Numbered from the whole stretch's first letter, positions 1 through 12,516 are shown. The stretch is 62,145 nt of DNA, filler included, from Pirum gemmata (GCA_002812295.1; 10 parts of 10 records of this genome joined end to end with filler, not necessarily neighbours in it), one strand, 5' to 3'. The notes: generated from the letters alone by a model not told the origin. Numbers and translations: made by a program.

Positions 1-319
1 TAATAAATAATAAATAATAAATAATAAATAGCTAGCTAGAGTTCTGAGCCTAGCTAGCTACTAGTAGGCTAGTAGTAGCTACTACTAGCTAGAGTTCTAA
101 TAGCTAGCTCTAGCTAGCTAGCCGCTAGAGTTCTGGTTTTCTGGAGGTCCAAACTTTTAAGCCAATTGAACTTGTTCATTTAATTATTCCTTTATCAATT
201 AACCAATAAAGAACACTACCATAACCACTTCCACCAACCACCGCCACTGGTCTGACTAGGTTACAAATCTATTACAATAGGTCTAACTAGCTAGATACGT
301 CCACCAAAAAAAAAAACGA

Positions 320-690
320 AAAATCCTTGCCCGTTCGGTTCGGGTCCCGTCCGAAAATATGCTCGTACAAAAAGCCCCAACCTGTCACTAATAATCTTGT
401 CCAGATTTTTTTTTTTTTTGTATACTATTCTATAGTTTATTATAATATTATACTATCATATACCTTACTCAACATTTTCATCAATAAACAGCACCGTGCA
501 CTAGTCTAAATAGAAAATGTAGTTTTTAGCATACAATATTTTATTATTTACTTTTTCCAGTTTTTTTCTATGATACCAGTTTTTTTTGGCTGTTTATATT
601 ATTATTATTATTATTATCATTATTATTATTAGTACTGTTATTATTTTTACAAGAACCTTTTCGGACTGTAACATCGGCGTGTTACATCGC
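320..690. repeat. Fragments of an unclassified dispersed repeat, also at ~55235-55590
   Basis: Shares CCGAAAAT(A/G)TGCTCGTACAAAAAGCC (~351, ~55277) and CAAGAACCTTTTCGGAC(T/C)GTAACATC (~650, ~55561) in the same order. Confidence 0.6.
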
Positions 691-1951
691 TGACTGTAAT
701 TGGTGTCAGTGTATTGATAGCTTAATATGTATATCGTGCAGTGATTCGTCAAGTAATTAAAATATAAGCCAATAATGAATGTTAAAAACATTGAAAAAAC
801 TTGGAAACAATTTTGACCACTAACTTGAAAGGGCATAAAAATACATTGATATCATTATAATAAAAGTGATACATATTGATGCAACAAAACAAAACCTATC
901 TTTTTTATTACGGCCAAATATATTTTTTAGCCTTTTTAGATCAGAATATTTTTGACAATGTTAAAATAGAATGAAAAGTATTACTTATATAATTATGATA
1001 AAAAACGAAACAAAACAAAAAAGCAAAATTATAGTAATTTATTGTTTTTGTTTTTTAAAGCATTATTATGCAGAGAACAGCTTTTCCCTTTTATTATAGC
1101 ATTAAGGTTTTTGACAATACCAGCTCGTTCAGTATTATAATATAGTGTTCGTATCTGTAAGGCTAAAAACAGTAATGGTAATTACTGTTTTAATTTAAAC
1201 TATAATAAATACAACAATAATAAAGAATCACACAAACTCCAAAAACGACAACGAAAGGGTCAATATTAATACTCGTCAATGTTAATTGCACATGTATAAT
1301 TATTAACAATATTACCATAACTAACACTATTACCATAATAACGTTAATTATAACCATATAATATTATATTACTACGTACCATTTCAAAAAAAACTTTAAA
1401 TTTACGTTTAATAACGTCAACCAGAACCAGAACGGTGCAAGACCTACAATTACAAGCTCTGCAACAACAACAACAACTCCTACACAACTACAACTATAAC
1501 TATATAATAGCTATAGTTATAACTACAAAACTACGTATACAATCACATGCGCAAGTTTTATATTGTGAATCTACTTAACCACCTTACGTATAATACAACC
1601 ACGACACAACTGCAAGTTTGCAATTGCAACAACTACAGCTATGCATGGACTAGCTTATCACTAAAGTCTTATCATAACATAGACTAGCTCTTCAGAAACC
1701 ATCCTACGAAGTTCTTCTATTATACACTTAGAGACCACACTTTATACTAGTAGGTATCATAGGAAAAAGAAAATAATAAAATAATAAACTTATGATATTT
1801 ATATCAAATCAAATCAAACTATTTATATCAAATCAAATCAAACTTTGACATGAGTCACTACTCGCATAATGATATCTCTCTTAGTAGAGAGTCATTTTTA
1901 TGAGATTTTTTTATCCGTTTTTTTAGCGTTTTTTTTTTTTTTTTTTTTTTG

Positions 1952-1993
<42 letters not shown>

Positions 1994-2054
1994 CAGGGTT
2001 TTTTTTTTATTGTTATTTATTTTTTATTTATTTTTTTATCATAATATTATAATT

Positions 2055-2285
2055 CATAGATAAAGCTGTAGAAAATAATTATTAGAAATGACTTCTTTAC
2101 TAAAAACCTTTTTTAAAATGGGGTAACTAGCCAAATTATTTTCAAAAATTGGCCATTGGCTCATAATAGAGTTTTCTTAGTTAGTACTTTCATTAAAATT
2201 GGAGGATTTTAAAAGATTTGGTCAGATTTGGAGCTATATATTGGAGCTATATATATTATAGCGGATTTGCAATTTTATCTGGATA
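2055..2285. mobile_element. MITE-like family C (~230 bp); other copies ~10000-10236, 31528-31650, 37886-38098, 39683-39890
   Basis: Shared core AACTAGCCAAATTATT...ATTGG(C/T)TCATAATAGAGTTTTCTTAGTTAG in both orientations. Ends resemble CAGCCAAG(C)CGGATAAAA. TTAA abuts the terminus at 31524 and 39891. Confidence 0.7.
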
Positions 2286-2611
2286 ATAACAATAATAATA
2301 ATAATAATAGATAATAATAATAAGTAACGTTAACATAATGATAATAATAATAAGGACAAGCTACACTCAAGCTAGCTAGCCAGACCGGTCATGTGATACC
2401 GATATATATGATACAAGATAGTAGGAACTTAGGAAGGTTTATATATACTTTATAGTAGTCTCTAGCTACTGTATACGTAGCTAGCTCTCTCTAGTCATGA
2501 ATCATGATATGATATAATAATCTATTATATGACAGCTACTAGCTAGTAAAGACCTTCTACTCTTAGTAGGCATTGTAGGTAGGCTACTACTCGACCTTAG
2601 TCTGAGACCTT

Positions 2612-2790
2612 AGGAATCATCCATAAAGGACGCCACCTAATCTTACCTATGCCTCTTTGTCTAAAACACTTTTGGTCATAATTTTAAAGTTCATTTTAAT
2701 AATTAATCACTGCCTAAAACAGTTTAAAAGTCACACTTTCGAGCAATGACGTCTATCAAAGAATAAGTGACGTCCTTTATGAACGTTCCT
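2612..2790. mobile_element. Degenerate PIF/Harbinger-like MITE
   Basis: Imperfect TIR AGGAATCATCCATAAAGGACGCCAC / GTGACGTCCTTTATGAACGTTCCT with TTA-like flanks. It resembles the GGGAGCGTTCA family, and a similar end lies at ~39460. Confidence 0.5.
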
Positions 2791-3145
2791 TTAGGATCGG
2801 AAGTTAGGAGACTTGATTCTGACACTTTCTGACTTGTTCTGACTTGGTTTATTATCTATCATAGTCTAGCTATCATCTATACCCTATATAGAAATTATTC
2901 TAGAGAAATTATTCATGAACAGGAACATGATTCAGAACATGAATGTCACTGAATATAGGCCTCTGAATATCATACATAGACGTGACTCTATTCTATTAGT
3001 GGACTATATTATAAACTAGACTTTATATAGAAATAGAAGACTAGTATTGTCACTCTATTGGCCATTAAAAAACAAATACCAATAATAGCCTAATATGGCA
3101 TAGTAATAATTAAAAATAATTGGCTAATAATTTGGGGATACTTTT

Positions 3146-3212
<67 letters not shown>

Positions 3213-3687
3213 AAAATTTTTAAAAAAATATCATAAACACATCATAGCTTTCGAGTCTAGTAAAGCCTCTAGCTAGCTACTAGGCTCTTGGCTACAGACT
3301 ACAGAGTACAGACTCCGTCGGGTACGATAGCCTAGCTAGCTAGTATCGATAGCTAATAGCTATGCAATGTGCATACGTATCGACAAACAATAGTAAACTA
3401 GACTATTGAGAATTATTGAGAACTAAGCTTACTATAGACTATCGTCCTAGAGCGTTTGAAAAAAAAATATGACTATATATGATTTGCTAGTTATGATTTG
3501 AATAAATCATTTTCAAGAAATAACCAATGTACGTATAGTAACGTACACTGTACACCATGCACGATTCGGTTACACGAACTCCTGACACGAACACTAAGCT
3601 TGGCTCTATAGCTTGGCTAATATGATACAAGCTAATATAATTATGTATTATTATGTATGACATTTATTTATAATTATAGTCTATATG

Positions 3688-3721
<34 letters not shown>

Positions 3722-3722
3722 N

Positions 3723-3796
<74 letters not shown>

Positions 3797-3857
3797 CTGT
3801 TTTCCTTATAAAAAAGGAGTAGTAGGTTACAGTTATATAGTTAATTATAGTTCTAAT

Positions 3858-4280
3858 TTGTTGATTTGTTTCATAATACATTGACGTTCCGGTTTTAACT
3901 TGTTGTAGTACCATAGTATATTATATAGTACTATATAATCAAAATATATAGTCTATGATTAGTAATTATATTGTTCTTTTGTTGTAGAAATATTGGTTTT
4001 TAATTAACCTTTGTTCCTAATATTATAGCATTACAGTCGTTGTTATGGATGTTGTTGGAGTTGTCGTCTACAGTGGGATTTATCTTTTAATACCCAATAT
4101 TTTTTTGTTGTAGAATAGCCATTCAAGTCTAGTTTTGCAAGTTTGTCTGTGCTCAAAAATTTTAGTTTGACTTCTGGTGTAAATCTTTTGGAGCAGTATT
4201 GACTTTGAAAAGGTTGTTTCTTCGGCGTCCATTGTTTTGTTGATTTTCTTTGAGTTAGTAGTTAGTATCAAAGACCTCAA
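3858..4280 (-). repeat. Degenerate dispersed repeat, possibly the 3' part of a non-LTR retrotransposon ORF; copies ~30640-30780 and ~59640-59975 (opposite strand)
   Basis: Three diverged copies share TTTGTTCCTAATA..ATAGC, TTGTTGATTTGTTTCATAATA and GGAGCAGTATTGAC. The broken translation (SILLQ..T.SQT...CKTRLE...IILGTK) only loosely resembles LINE C-terminal regions. The repeat call is solid but the LINE identity is weak. Confidence 0.45.
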
Positions 4281-4749
4281 GAAAAAAGAAATTTTTTTTC
4301 CTGTGGTCTTTGGTTAGTGAGTTTATTTTATTTTTTTAAAAAAAAAATCAATTGTAGGTTTCAACTATCAGGAGTTGTAATAACTAGCTACTAGTGTATA
4401 GTACTGTATACTGATCTAAACTTGGTGGTTTGGAGTCTGGACTTTGAGCATATTTCTATTATAGTTTTAGTCTACGAATCACATACCAGTAAAGAAAAAC
4501 GTGTGCAATGAGGTGATTTGAACTTTAATTTGAAACCCATCTAGACACAGTAGACCCTATTGATTGGTTTATCAACAGAAGATGCCAGTCAAATGGTCAA
4601 ATTTGGAAACTTGGATTACTTGGATCCAAACTGGGTTGGTCAATAGAGGTCAATACACTAGGGCAGGGAAGTCTATGACGCTAAGTCAAATCCTAAAAGA
4701 GCCTAAAAACCCTAAAAACCCTCAAAAAAGTCCTTAGCAAAAAAACCTT

Positions 4750-4927
4750 TGTGGTGAAAACAATTAAAAAACGACCAACTTTTGGGTTTCATTAGAATTT
4801 TTAGTTTTCAAAAATAAGTAATGTAATAATTATTAAATAGATTCGAAATTTTCAAACATAAAAAGTGGGACTTTTTAAAAATTATTAGTAAAAAAAAGTA
4901 GCACGTTTTTAGATTGCTAGCACCATA
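4750..4927. mobile_element. MITE family D (~180 bp); copies ~20565-20755 and ~23875-23968
   Basis: TIR-like ends TGGTG(C/A)AAACAAT.TAAAAACG ... CGTTTTTA.ATTGTTTGCACCA|TA and shared interior TTTTGGGTTTCA.TAGAAT. Confidence 0.7.
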
Positions 4928-6562
4928 TTGTACACATAATATCACGATAATTTTATAATTATCATAGTACCTACTACCTATGTAATCAAGAAAAGAAACG
5001 TTTTACATAATATTAAATAATATGTTATAATGGTTATGGTGAGCTTTATGGTGAAAAAAATAACAATTTTCATCCAGTATTCCCGAGAAATGTGCAAAAG
5101 CAACGATGTTCAAATGTTTGGTTTTAATAATATTTAAAAAATATGCTAATACTAGGCCTCAATTACTACTATTAATTATTACTATTTCTATTAATATTAA
5201 TACTATTATAACTCATACTGTCACTATCACTATCAATTATTATTACTATTACCATTGCTATTACTATTACTATTGTACTATCACTATGATATCATTATCA
5301 GTATCACTATTTTACTATTACTATTAATATTACTATTACTATTTATTAATTAATATTACTATTACTGTTACTATATTATTAATACTGTGACTATCACTGT
5401 TCTATTACTGTTACTGTTACTAATACTATCACTGTTACTATCACTACATACTACCATCACTATTATCATATTAGTTATTATTATTGTCGTATTATTACTG
5501 AATTATCTATTACTATTACTGTTATTATGAGCATTTTTATATATATGATACTATTACTTCTAATATTACTATACATTATAATACTATTACTTTATAAATT
5601 AGCATTATTATTATTATTATTATGTATTACTATTACTATTACTATTACTATTACTATTACTATTTCTACTATCATTAACATTACTATAATATTATATAAC
5701 CATTACTATAACTACCACTATGTAACTATTTTTATTTCTACTTTTTTTAAAATTTGCCCTTTGTAATTGCTATTTCTATTCTGATCGCTATTACTATTAC
5801 TGACAAAAAACGAAACAAATGAAAAGTGAAGAAATCCCAAAGGAGACCAAGCACTATTATTATGGCTTAATATGACATACATACATGTACAATAATTTGT
5901 AATAAACGATATTGATGTAATAAATTAAACCTTGTCAAAAATTGTTATCAGATAGACCCTATTATTATTTGTTATAAATGGTCTAGACTAATAGTAAGCA
6001 AATAAATAAAAAAAATCAAAAAAAAATAATAATTTTAAAAAAAATAATAATAATAATAATAATAATATGACAATAATAATAATATTTATACATATATTAA
6101 TATTACAATATCCCAAATTTTTTTGAAAAAAAAAACAANNNNNNNNNNNNNNNNNNNNNNNNNNNNNNNNNNNNNNNNNNNNTTAATTAATTAANNNNNN
6201 NNNNNNNNNNNNNNNNNNNNNNNNNNNNNNNNNNNNNNTTCGTTGTTATATAATTCGCATCATCAGTTATTTTCGCCATTCGCCATTTTTTCAGGAAAAA
6301 AATTATTATAATGGCAAAAATAACCGTTTTTTTGCTATATATATATATGGCAAGAGGGCTAAGATTATAATTCGAAATGACTATTTTTATAAAAATACCG
6401 ATCTGAATTATTTTTTGGGCTACATCACCAACCACTATCTAAAGCATGTGCAGCTTTGAAAATAAAAATAAAATTGAAATTAATGATTATTAGACCTATT
6501 ATGTTTTTTTGTGTTCACATGAGTGTGTGTGTAGTTCTCATGCTTATTGCAAACATGCAACT

Positions 6563-6756
6563 TATTGTGCTTTTTATTCGTTTTTGTCACTCTGAATAAT
6601 TATTTGGTGGATTATATAACCTTTAAATTGACATTTTATACGAATAAATAATAAAATATACCAAATTAAATTAAATGGACTTATATTGTTTTAATTTGGT
6701 ACTCTTTAGTGTATTATTGTATATTTCATGATACCAAAACAACTGAAAAGCACTAT
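6563..6756. mobile_element. MITE family A (~190-200 bp), the most abundant; copies ~11332-11534, 19965-20162, 22797-22968, 23348-23513, 44254-44451, 47870-47985, 48637-48805, 48915-49098, 59117-59310, 60047-60211
   Basis: Consensus TIR TA|TCGTGCTTTTCA...TGAAAAGCACGA|TA with conserved interior (GTCACTCTGAATATTTATTTGG, TACCAAATTAAATTAAATGGATTTATATTG, GATGACAAAACAACTG). TA flanks suggest a Tc1/mariner/IS630-type target. Confidence 0.88.
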
Positions 6757-7130
6757 ATATATCATGTTTTTCAATCCAGTTCAAAAACTGAAATAAACAT
6801 ACCAAATTATTATGGTTAAACTATAAACAAGTTCAATTATACACTTTAACAGTACCAAATTAAAGATTGGAGGACAACTGTAGACGATATGGCTAGAGTT
6901 CTTGTATATTTTATTTAAGAACCGAGGTTCCCAAAAATATATTTTTTAAAAAACCCGAATCGAGCTTTTTATAGCAGTCTGACTATCGATAGGAACAGAG
7001 CTAGCTAGTAGTAGTGGTTGGTGATCAAGCGCAAAATACCCGCACTACAAACTTATATACTGGCTGTAATCAAGAGTATAACTAATGTTCTAATCCACAT
7101 ATAATCTTTGGGGGATTTGAACCCTGGGGG

Positions 7131-7432
7131 TTTTTTTTTCTTCAAGTTTACCATGATGAGTTTACTCACTAGGAGGTTCACACTATCCGGCCTACCTTTC
7201 TCCTACCCATCCTGGGAGTAGGTCCTCACTTTCCCTTAACGCCTTAGGTTCTATGATTCATGAGATTAGAGCTCCTTATACGCTCGATTGCTGGGTAGGC
7301 TTCCTATTATTTATGTTCACCCATTGTTAGCTACATCTCCCTGTCATTCACCTACGGGACTCGAACCGCGACTTGAACCGCGACATTCGAGTTGGTTAAT
7401 CGGTGTGACAATCACGGGGCCACTATCCCTCC
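7131..7432 (-). mobile_element. tRNA-derived SINE, near full length (~300 bp)
   Basis: Minus strand has a Pol III A-box-like AGTGGCCCCGTGATT and B box GGTTCGAGTCCC (partly duplicated). The body GAGCTCTAATCTCATGAATCATAGAACCT is shared with three other copies, and there is an A-rich 3' tail. Confidence 0.8.
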
Positions 7433-7502
7433 TTTTTAGCGCTAGCTTGACGTAGCATTTTTGAAATGGGTCAAAAACTCCTGTTTCCAACAGTGTTCTT
7501 GA

Positions 7503-7689
7503 ATAAGTGGCCCTGTGGTTAACACACCGATTAACCAACCGTAATATCGCGGTTCGAATCCCATTGGTGGCGTCAAGGACATGTAGCTAGCAATGGGCGT
7601 ACTTCCTAACTATAAATAAAAAAGAGAAAACATTGCCAAACAAACGAGATTTTAAGTAAGAGCTCTAATCTCATGAATCATAGAACCTG
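7503..7689 (+). mobile_element. tRNA-derived SINE, 3'-truncated, head-to-head with the previous copy
   Basis: A box TGGCCCTGTGG (7508-7518), B box GGTTCGAATCC (7551-7561), then the same body. No tRNA acceptor stem is evident. Confidence 0.8.
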
Positions 7690-7890
7690 AGTTTTTTTCT
7701 CAGGATTAATTTTATTTTTTATTCAGAATAGTTTATATTAATAATTATAATTTATAAAATTATAAATTGTTAGTCGATTGTGACCAAGAAGTAATCGGTG
7801 GTCTATGGTTTCAATGATGACCGAGAAGTTGTCCTCGGTGGTGTATGGTATCGATTAAGACCGAGAAGTAGTTGTGGTTTTTTAAGCCAA

Positions 7891-8345
7891 ATGGATGGGT
7901 AGGTAGAAGGTGTGTGAATCTCACTGGGGGTAAACTTGAAAAAGCAAAAAAAACAAATAGAGGGAGGGATTGACCAACTCGAATGTTCGTCAAGGAGATG
8001 TAGACTACCAGTAAACATACCCAAACAATCTGTCGTATAAGGAGAAATAATCTCATGAATCATAGAACCTAAAGTTGTAAGGGAAAGTGAGGGTCCATCC
8101 CGAATGGATTGGTAGGTGGAGGGGTGAACACTGAACAGTGTGTGAACCTTTCAGGGAGTATTACTTACTTGAAAAAATAGAGGGGATAAACCAGCTCGAA
8201 TGTTGGTCAAGGAGATGTAGCTAACAATGGGTGAATATAAAAAAGAGAACACATGCCCAAACAATCGAGCGTATTTATATAAGGAGACCTAATCTCATGA
8301 ATCATGAAGAAGGCGGTACTGGGAAGTGGAGGAGGGTCCATCCCA
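7891..8345 (+). repeat. Head-to-tail array (~220 bp period) of SINE derivatives lacking A and B boxes
   Basis: Units start ATAGAGGG..GAT..ACCA.CTCGAATGTT.GTCAAGGAGATGTAG at ~7957 and ~8177, each preceded by the SINE 3' end ACTTGAAAAA. Confidence 0.7.
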
Positions 8346-9041
8346 ATTAAATTAATTGGAAATGGAAGGTAGTTTAGGCCAGCGGAGGAACATGCTTCAA
8401 AGGAGGGAAGGTAGGTGACAACGTCACTAGCTAGCTAGGTTGGATTGCGTGAACCCTTCGATCCGAACATTCGGTTGCCCTGGTCTAGCTAGCTAGCTAG
8501 CTAGAGTTAGCTAGCTAGAGTAACTAGACTACTACTAGCTAGCTACTAGCTAGCTAGTAGAAGTCGACAGGCACAGAGGTCCAGGGGCCTGGGTCTTCAC
8601 TGACTCTTTTCACCGACTCTTCAGCTACCGGTGCTGGTACTAATAGACCGTCTAGCTAGCTAGTCTAGCTAGCTAGAGTGTTGTAGTAGAACCCGGTCTA
8701 GACCTAGAAACGTAACTACCAAATTATTATTATGGTTAAACTATCAGACATGTTTTAATTTATTTGGTAGTTTATACTTAATATTGTATTTATAAATAAG
8801 TTCAAGTATACACTTAAACAGTACCAAATTAAAGATTGAGAGGGCAACTAATGTTTTTATCAGGTTCACTACTAGCTAGCTACTAGCTAGTAGCTATCGA
8901 TAGTATTTTTAAAATTAAATGGTATGATACACAAGGTTTTCCAGACTAGACCGAAACAGCCCAACCCTAAGAGTAGCTAGCTAGCTACTAGTAGAGGTAG
9001 TTGACTGGTCTAGCTATGATAGTTGTCTGCTTGTATACAGC

Positions 9042-9103
9042 TAGCTATCATAGCTAGTCTAGCTATCATAGCTAGTCTAGCTATCATAGCTAGACTATCG
9101 ATA
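9042..9103. other. Representative TA-[short spacer]-TA chain (putative stacked excision footprints); similar patches at ~30-130, 8480-8560, 11060-11190, 11690-11865, 12115-12180, 23510-23580, 29545-29710, 40335-40540, 53405-53515, 54650-54845, 55030-55115, 61315-61380
   Basis: Parses without remainder as TA.GC.TA.TCA.TA.GC.TA.GTC.TA...GC.TA.GAC.TA.TCGA.TA. Confidence 0.7.
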
Positions 9104-10423
9104 GCCAGCCCTAGTAGCTAGCTAGCTAGCTACTGTAGCTAGTTTTTAATAGTCTATAGACAGTTCTATAGACTATGATATCATTATTAGCACTAAGTCC
9201 TAGCTAGATTGCTCTACATATCATAATAATAAGTATTATGTCATACCGGTATGGAGACCGAATTAGACCCCTTTGGGGTTATTAGCTTTTATCATAGGGA
9301 TTATCAGTTTGTTAGACCTTCAAGCTCAGCCTTCAAGCTATGCATAAGTAGACCCTGTAAGTAGACCCCCGCCATAGGTCCCTACTCCCTATGGCTATCC
9401 CCCCTCTGGTATCATAACAAAAAATAATGAATTAGTCTATATAGAGTCTATATAGACCCCCGCCCGGTCTACTATTCATACCTAGCTAGGGTCTACTACT
9501 GGTCTACTACTATCTGATAGCTAGCTAGCTGAGGAAACGAAAGGAGAATATTACTACTCAATTTGACTTTTAAAATATTTTTTTTGAGCTTCAGTTAAAG
9601 ATTGAAACAACCTTTGGTCAACAATTACCTTTTCACCACATAAAGTAAAACATTTTTCCCTTCCAAGCATTTGTTGTGAAATTTTTTAAAGAAGACGTAC
9701 TTATTATGGTGGCAATCGTACTATTGTAAATTACGCTGATACTATTAATAATGAAGATAATAACAATAACAACAATTGTTTTTATATAATATTTCTTCTA
9801 ATGATCTCTCACGATTTCATAGTCTACCTACAGTCTACCTACCATCAAAAAGTCCTTCAAAATATGTACGATATAGAAAATTGAAAATTGAAGTAAAATC
9901 AACACGTGCGGCGTGCGGCGTGACTCCAAAAGTACTCCAAGTACTCCAGAAGTACTCCAAGTCCAAAGCACTCACTCGTAGTTCTACTGGATTTTTTTTT
10001 TGTCGGATAAAAATGGCGACATCCGCCAGCTCATCCGCCACATGAGTTCAAAAATCCAAAATCTCAAAATGCTCCGATTTTAATAAAAGTACTACCAATT
10101 TTTGAGAAATAATCTAACTAAGAAAACTCTATTATGAACCAATGATCAATTTTTAAAAATACTTTGGCTAGTTAGTATTAAAGATTTTTAGAAAAGAGGC
10201 CTTAATTAAAAAAAAAAGATTTCTAGACTACAGTTTTCTCTCTCTATACCCTAGTCTCTATACCTATGATGGTAACCTAGACCCCCGGTCTATCTAAATC
10301 TAAAGTCACTAGCTATCGATAGAACTTCAGCTAGCTAGACCACCTCATGACTGGCACCTTATGAAATACCTCATGTCAGAAAAAGAAAAAGAAAAAAAAA
10401 TCATATCGTATCATAATATTATG

Positions 10424-10488
<65 letters not shown>

Positions 10489-10821
10489 AGAGCAGAAATT
10501 GCTACAGAATTAATTGATTATCTAGACTATTTAGGCTCTATTGATCAAGAACAAACTGAACAGTCTCCCAGGAGTCAGGACTCTCCCTACGGTAATAATA
10601 GACTACAATTAGTCTATTTATTATATATATCGTTACACAGGTATTATCAGATAAATAATAAGTAGTCTAGAAATACTATCTGAAATATCATAGTAGACTA
10701 GTAGTTAGTCTATTATGATAATAATAATGGAATATTATTCACCAGACCTAATGATAATAATACCAATAATATCATTTATCCTCGATCATTCATAGTTATT
10801 ATCATATAATGTTACTTATAG

Positions 10822-10946
10822 CTAGGGTTAGGGTTAAGGTTAGGGTTAGGGTTAAAGTCAGGGTTAGGGTTAGGGTTAGGGTTAGGGTTAGGGTTAAGGT
10901 TAAGGTTAAGGTTAAGGTTAGGGTTAGGGTTAGGGTTAGGGTTAGT
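10822..10946 (+). repeat. Interstitial telomere-like tract (TTAGGG/TTAAGG)n; others at 22510-22599, 28020-28080, 30797-30857, 42316-42336, 45160-45305, 61383-61418
   Basis: Direct reading of TTAGGG/CCCTAA hexamer runs flanked by unique sequence. Confidence 0.92.
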
Positions 10947-12516
10947 TAGTAAAAAATAAAAATAAAAAAAAGCTGTTTTAGCACCAGAAAAAACTTGGCA
11001 AAAAGCAGTCAAAAAGCAGTCAAAAAGCAGTCAAAAAGCAGTCACCACAAAGAGACTATTTAGCTATCATAGCTACTATGATAGTATCGAGAGTATCGAT
11101 AGTATGATAGTAGGTAGTATCACAGGATTCACAGCTGGTTAGCTCTAGCTAGTCTCTAGCTAACTAGCTACTAGTAGCTACTACTAGTGGAGAGACCCCA
11201 GTCTACTCATGACTCATCGACAGCAATGATTCTTGCTTCTAATCCTTAAAACCCTAACCCTATGATATATACAGCTGTATCTACTAACCCCAACTATTAG
11301 ACTACTAGCTAGACTGAGCTAGTTAGCAGTCTATAGTGCTTTTCACTGCTTTTCAGTTATGATATTTTGTCATCGTAAAATATACAATAAATAGTACAAA
11401 ATTAATATAATAAAATCCATTTAATTTAATTTGGTATATTTTATTATCTATTTATTGATTTAAAAATGCCAATTTAAATATTATAACCCTCCAAATAAAT
11501 ATTCAGAGTGACAAAATAAATGAAAAGCACGATAGTGTAGGCTAGATAGTGTATCACTGTGTATGTAGCCCTGGTATGTAGCCTGTGTAGTCTAGCAGTA
11601 GGGTCTTAGTAGTGCTGCTTTGCTAGTCTACTGCTTTTTGCCAGGCTTTTTGCCGCAACAAATTGCTCTGTAGCTAACCACAGCTATGAATAGCTAGACT
11701 AGCTAGCCAGGAGGCAAGCTCCCTGGGTAACCTCCTGTAGCTAGCTGCTACTCTAGCTAGCTATCTAGCTAGCTAGTAGAACAGCTAGTAGAACCCCCCC
11801 CTAGCTACTAGCTAGTGGTCTCTCTATCTCTATCTAGCTATCTTATCTAGCTAGAGCTAGTCTATTTATAATCTACATTTATCTGTCATTTATAAAGACT
11901 GTCTATTTCATTATAGTTGTCCTCTCAATCTTTAATTTGGCACTGTTTAAGTGTATAATTGAACTTACATTAAATATAAAATACCAAATTAATTAAAAAA
12001 CATGACTGATAGTTTTTTAAAAAACCATAGACTAGTTTTTAAACTGGACAACACGATATGGTTGTATTCACTTTGTATTCTCTAGCTAGACTTCTATATT
12101 ATGAATTTATGATATGATAGTTAGTTAGCTACTAGCTAGCTAGCTAGTAGCTATGATAGACTATCGACTAAGACTATCGGTATCTGATACAGTCTACAGA
12201 CTACATTCCTAGAGTACGGTCTAGTCAGTAGGGGTGAGATGACGTCATTTTATTATTACCGAACAGCTGCCGGAACTTTTCCGTTTTTTATGGTTTTTAT
12301 TACTATTAANNNNNNNNNNNNNNNNNNNNNNNNNNNNNNNNNNNNNNNNNNNNTTAATTAATTAANNNNNNNNNNNNNNNNNNNNNNNNNNNNNNNNNNN
12401 NNNNNNNNNTCTCTCTCTCTCTCTACCACTACCACAGTAAATCCCATTTTTAATTAGAATTTTACGTTTATTAATTTATTATCATATATTATATATAATT
12501 AAGAATGTAAAAAAGC

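Noticed and set aside
3657..3914. Poly-F/poly-K ORFs and the apparent poly(T)-poly(A) hairpin (also 27145-27497)
   Set aside because: Homopolymers are joined by a single N, most likely a scaffolding join.
6139..6238. Periodic TTAATTAATTAA motif about every 6 kb as a biological boundary or piggyBac target
   Set aside because: It is always embedded in fixed N runs and is a six-frame-stop assembly spacer. Gene neighbourhoods across it are meaningless.
7503..7575. tRNA gene
   Set aside because: It has A and B boxes but no convincing cloverleaf or acceptor stem, and continues into a repeated body. It is a SINE head.
10812..11012. NP-repeat ORFs (also 45141-45380)
   Set aside because: They are translations of telomere-like hexamer tracts.
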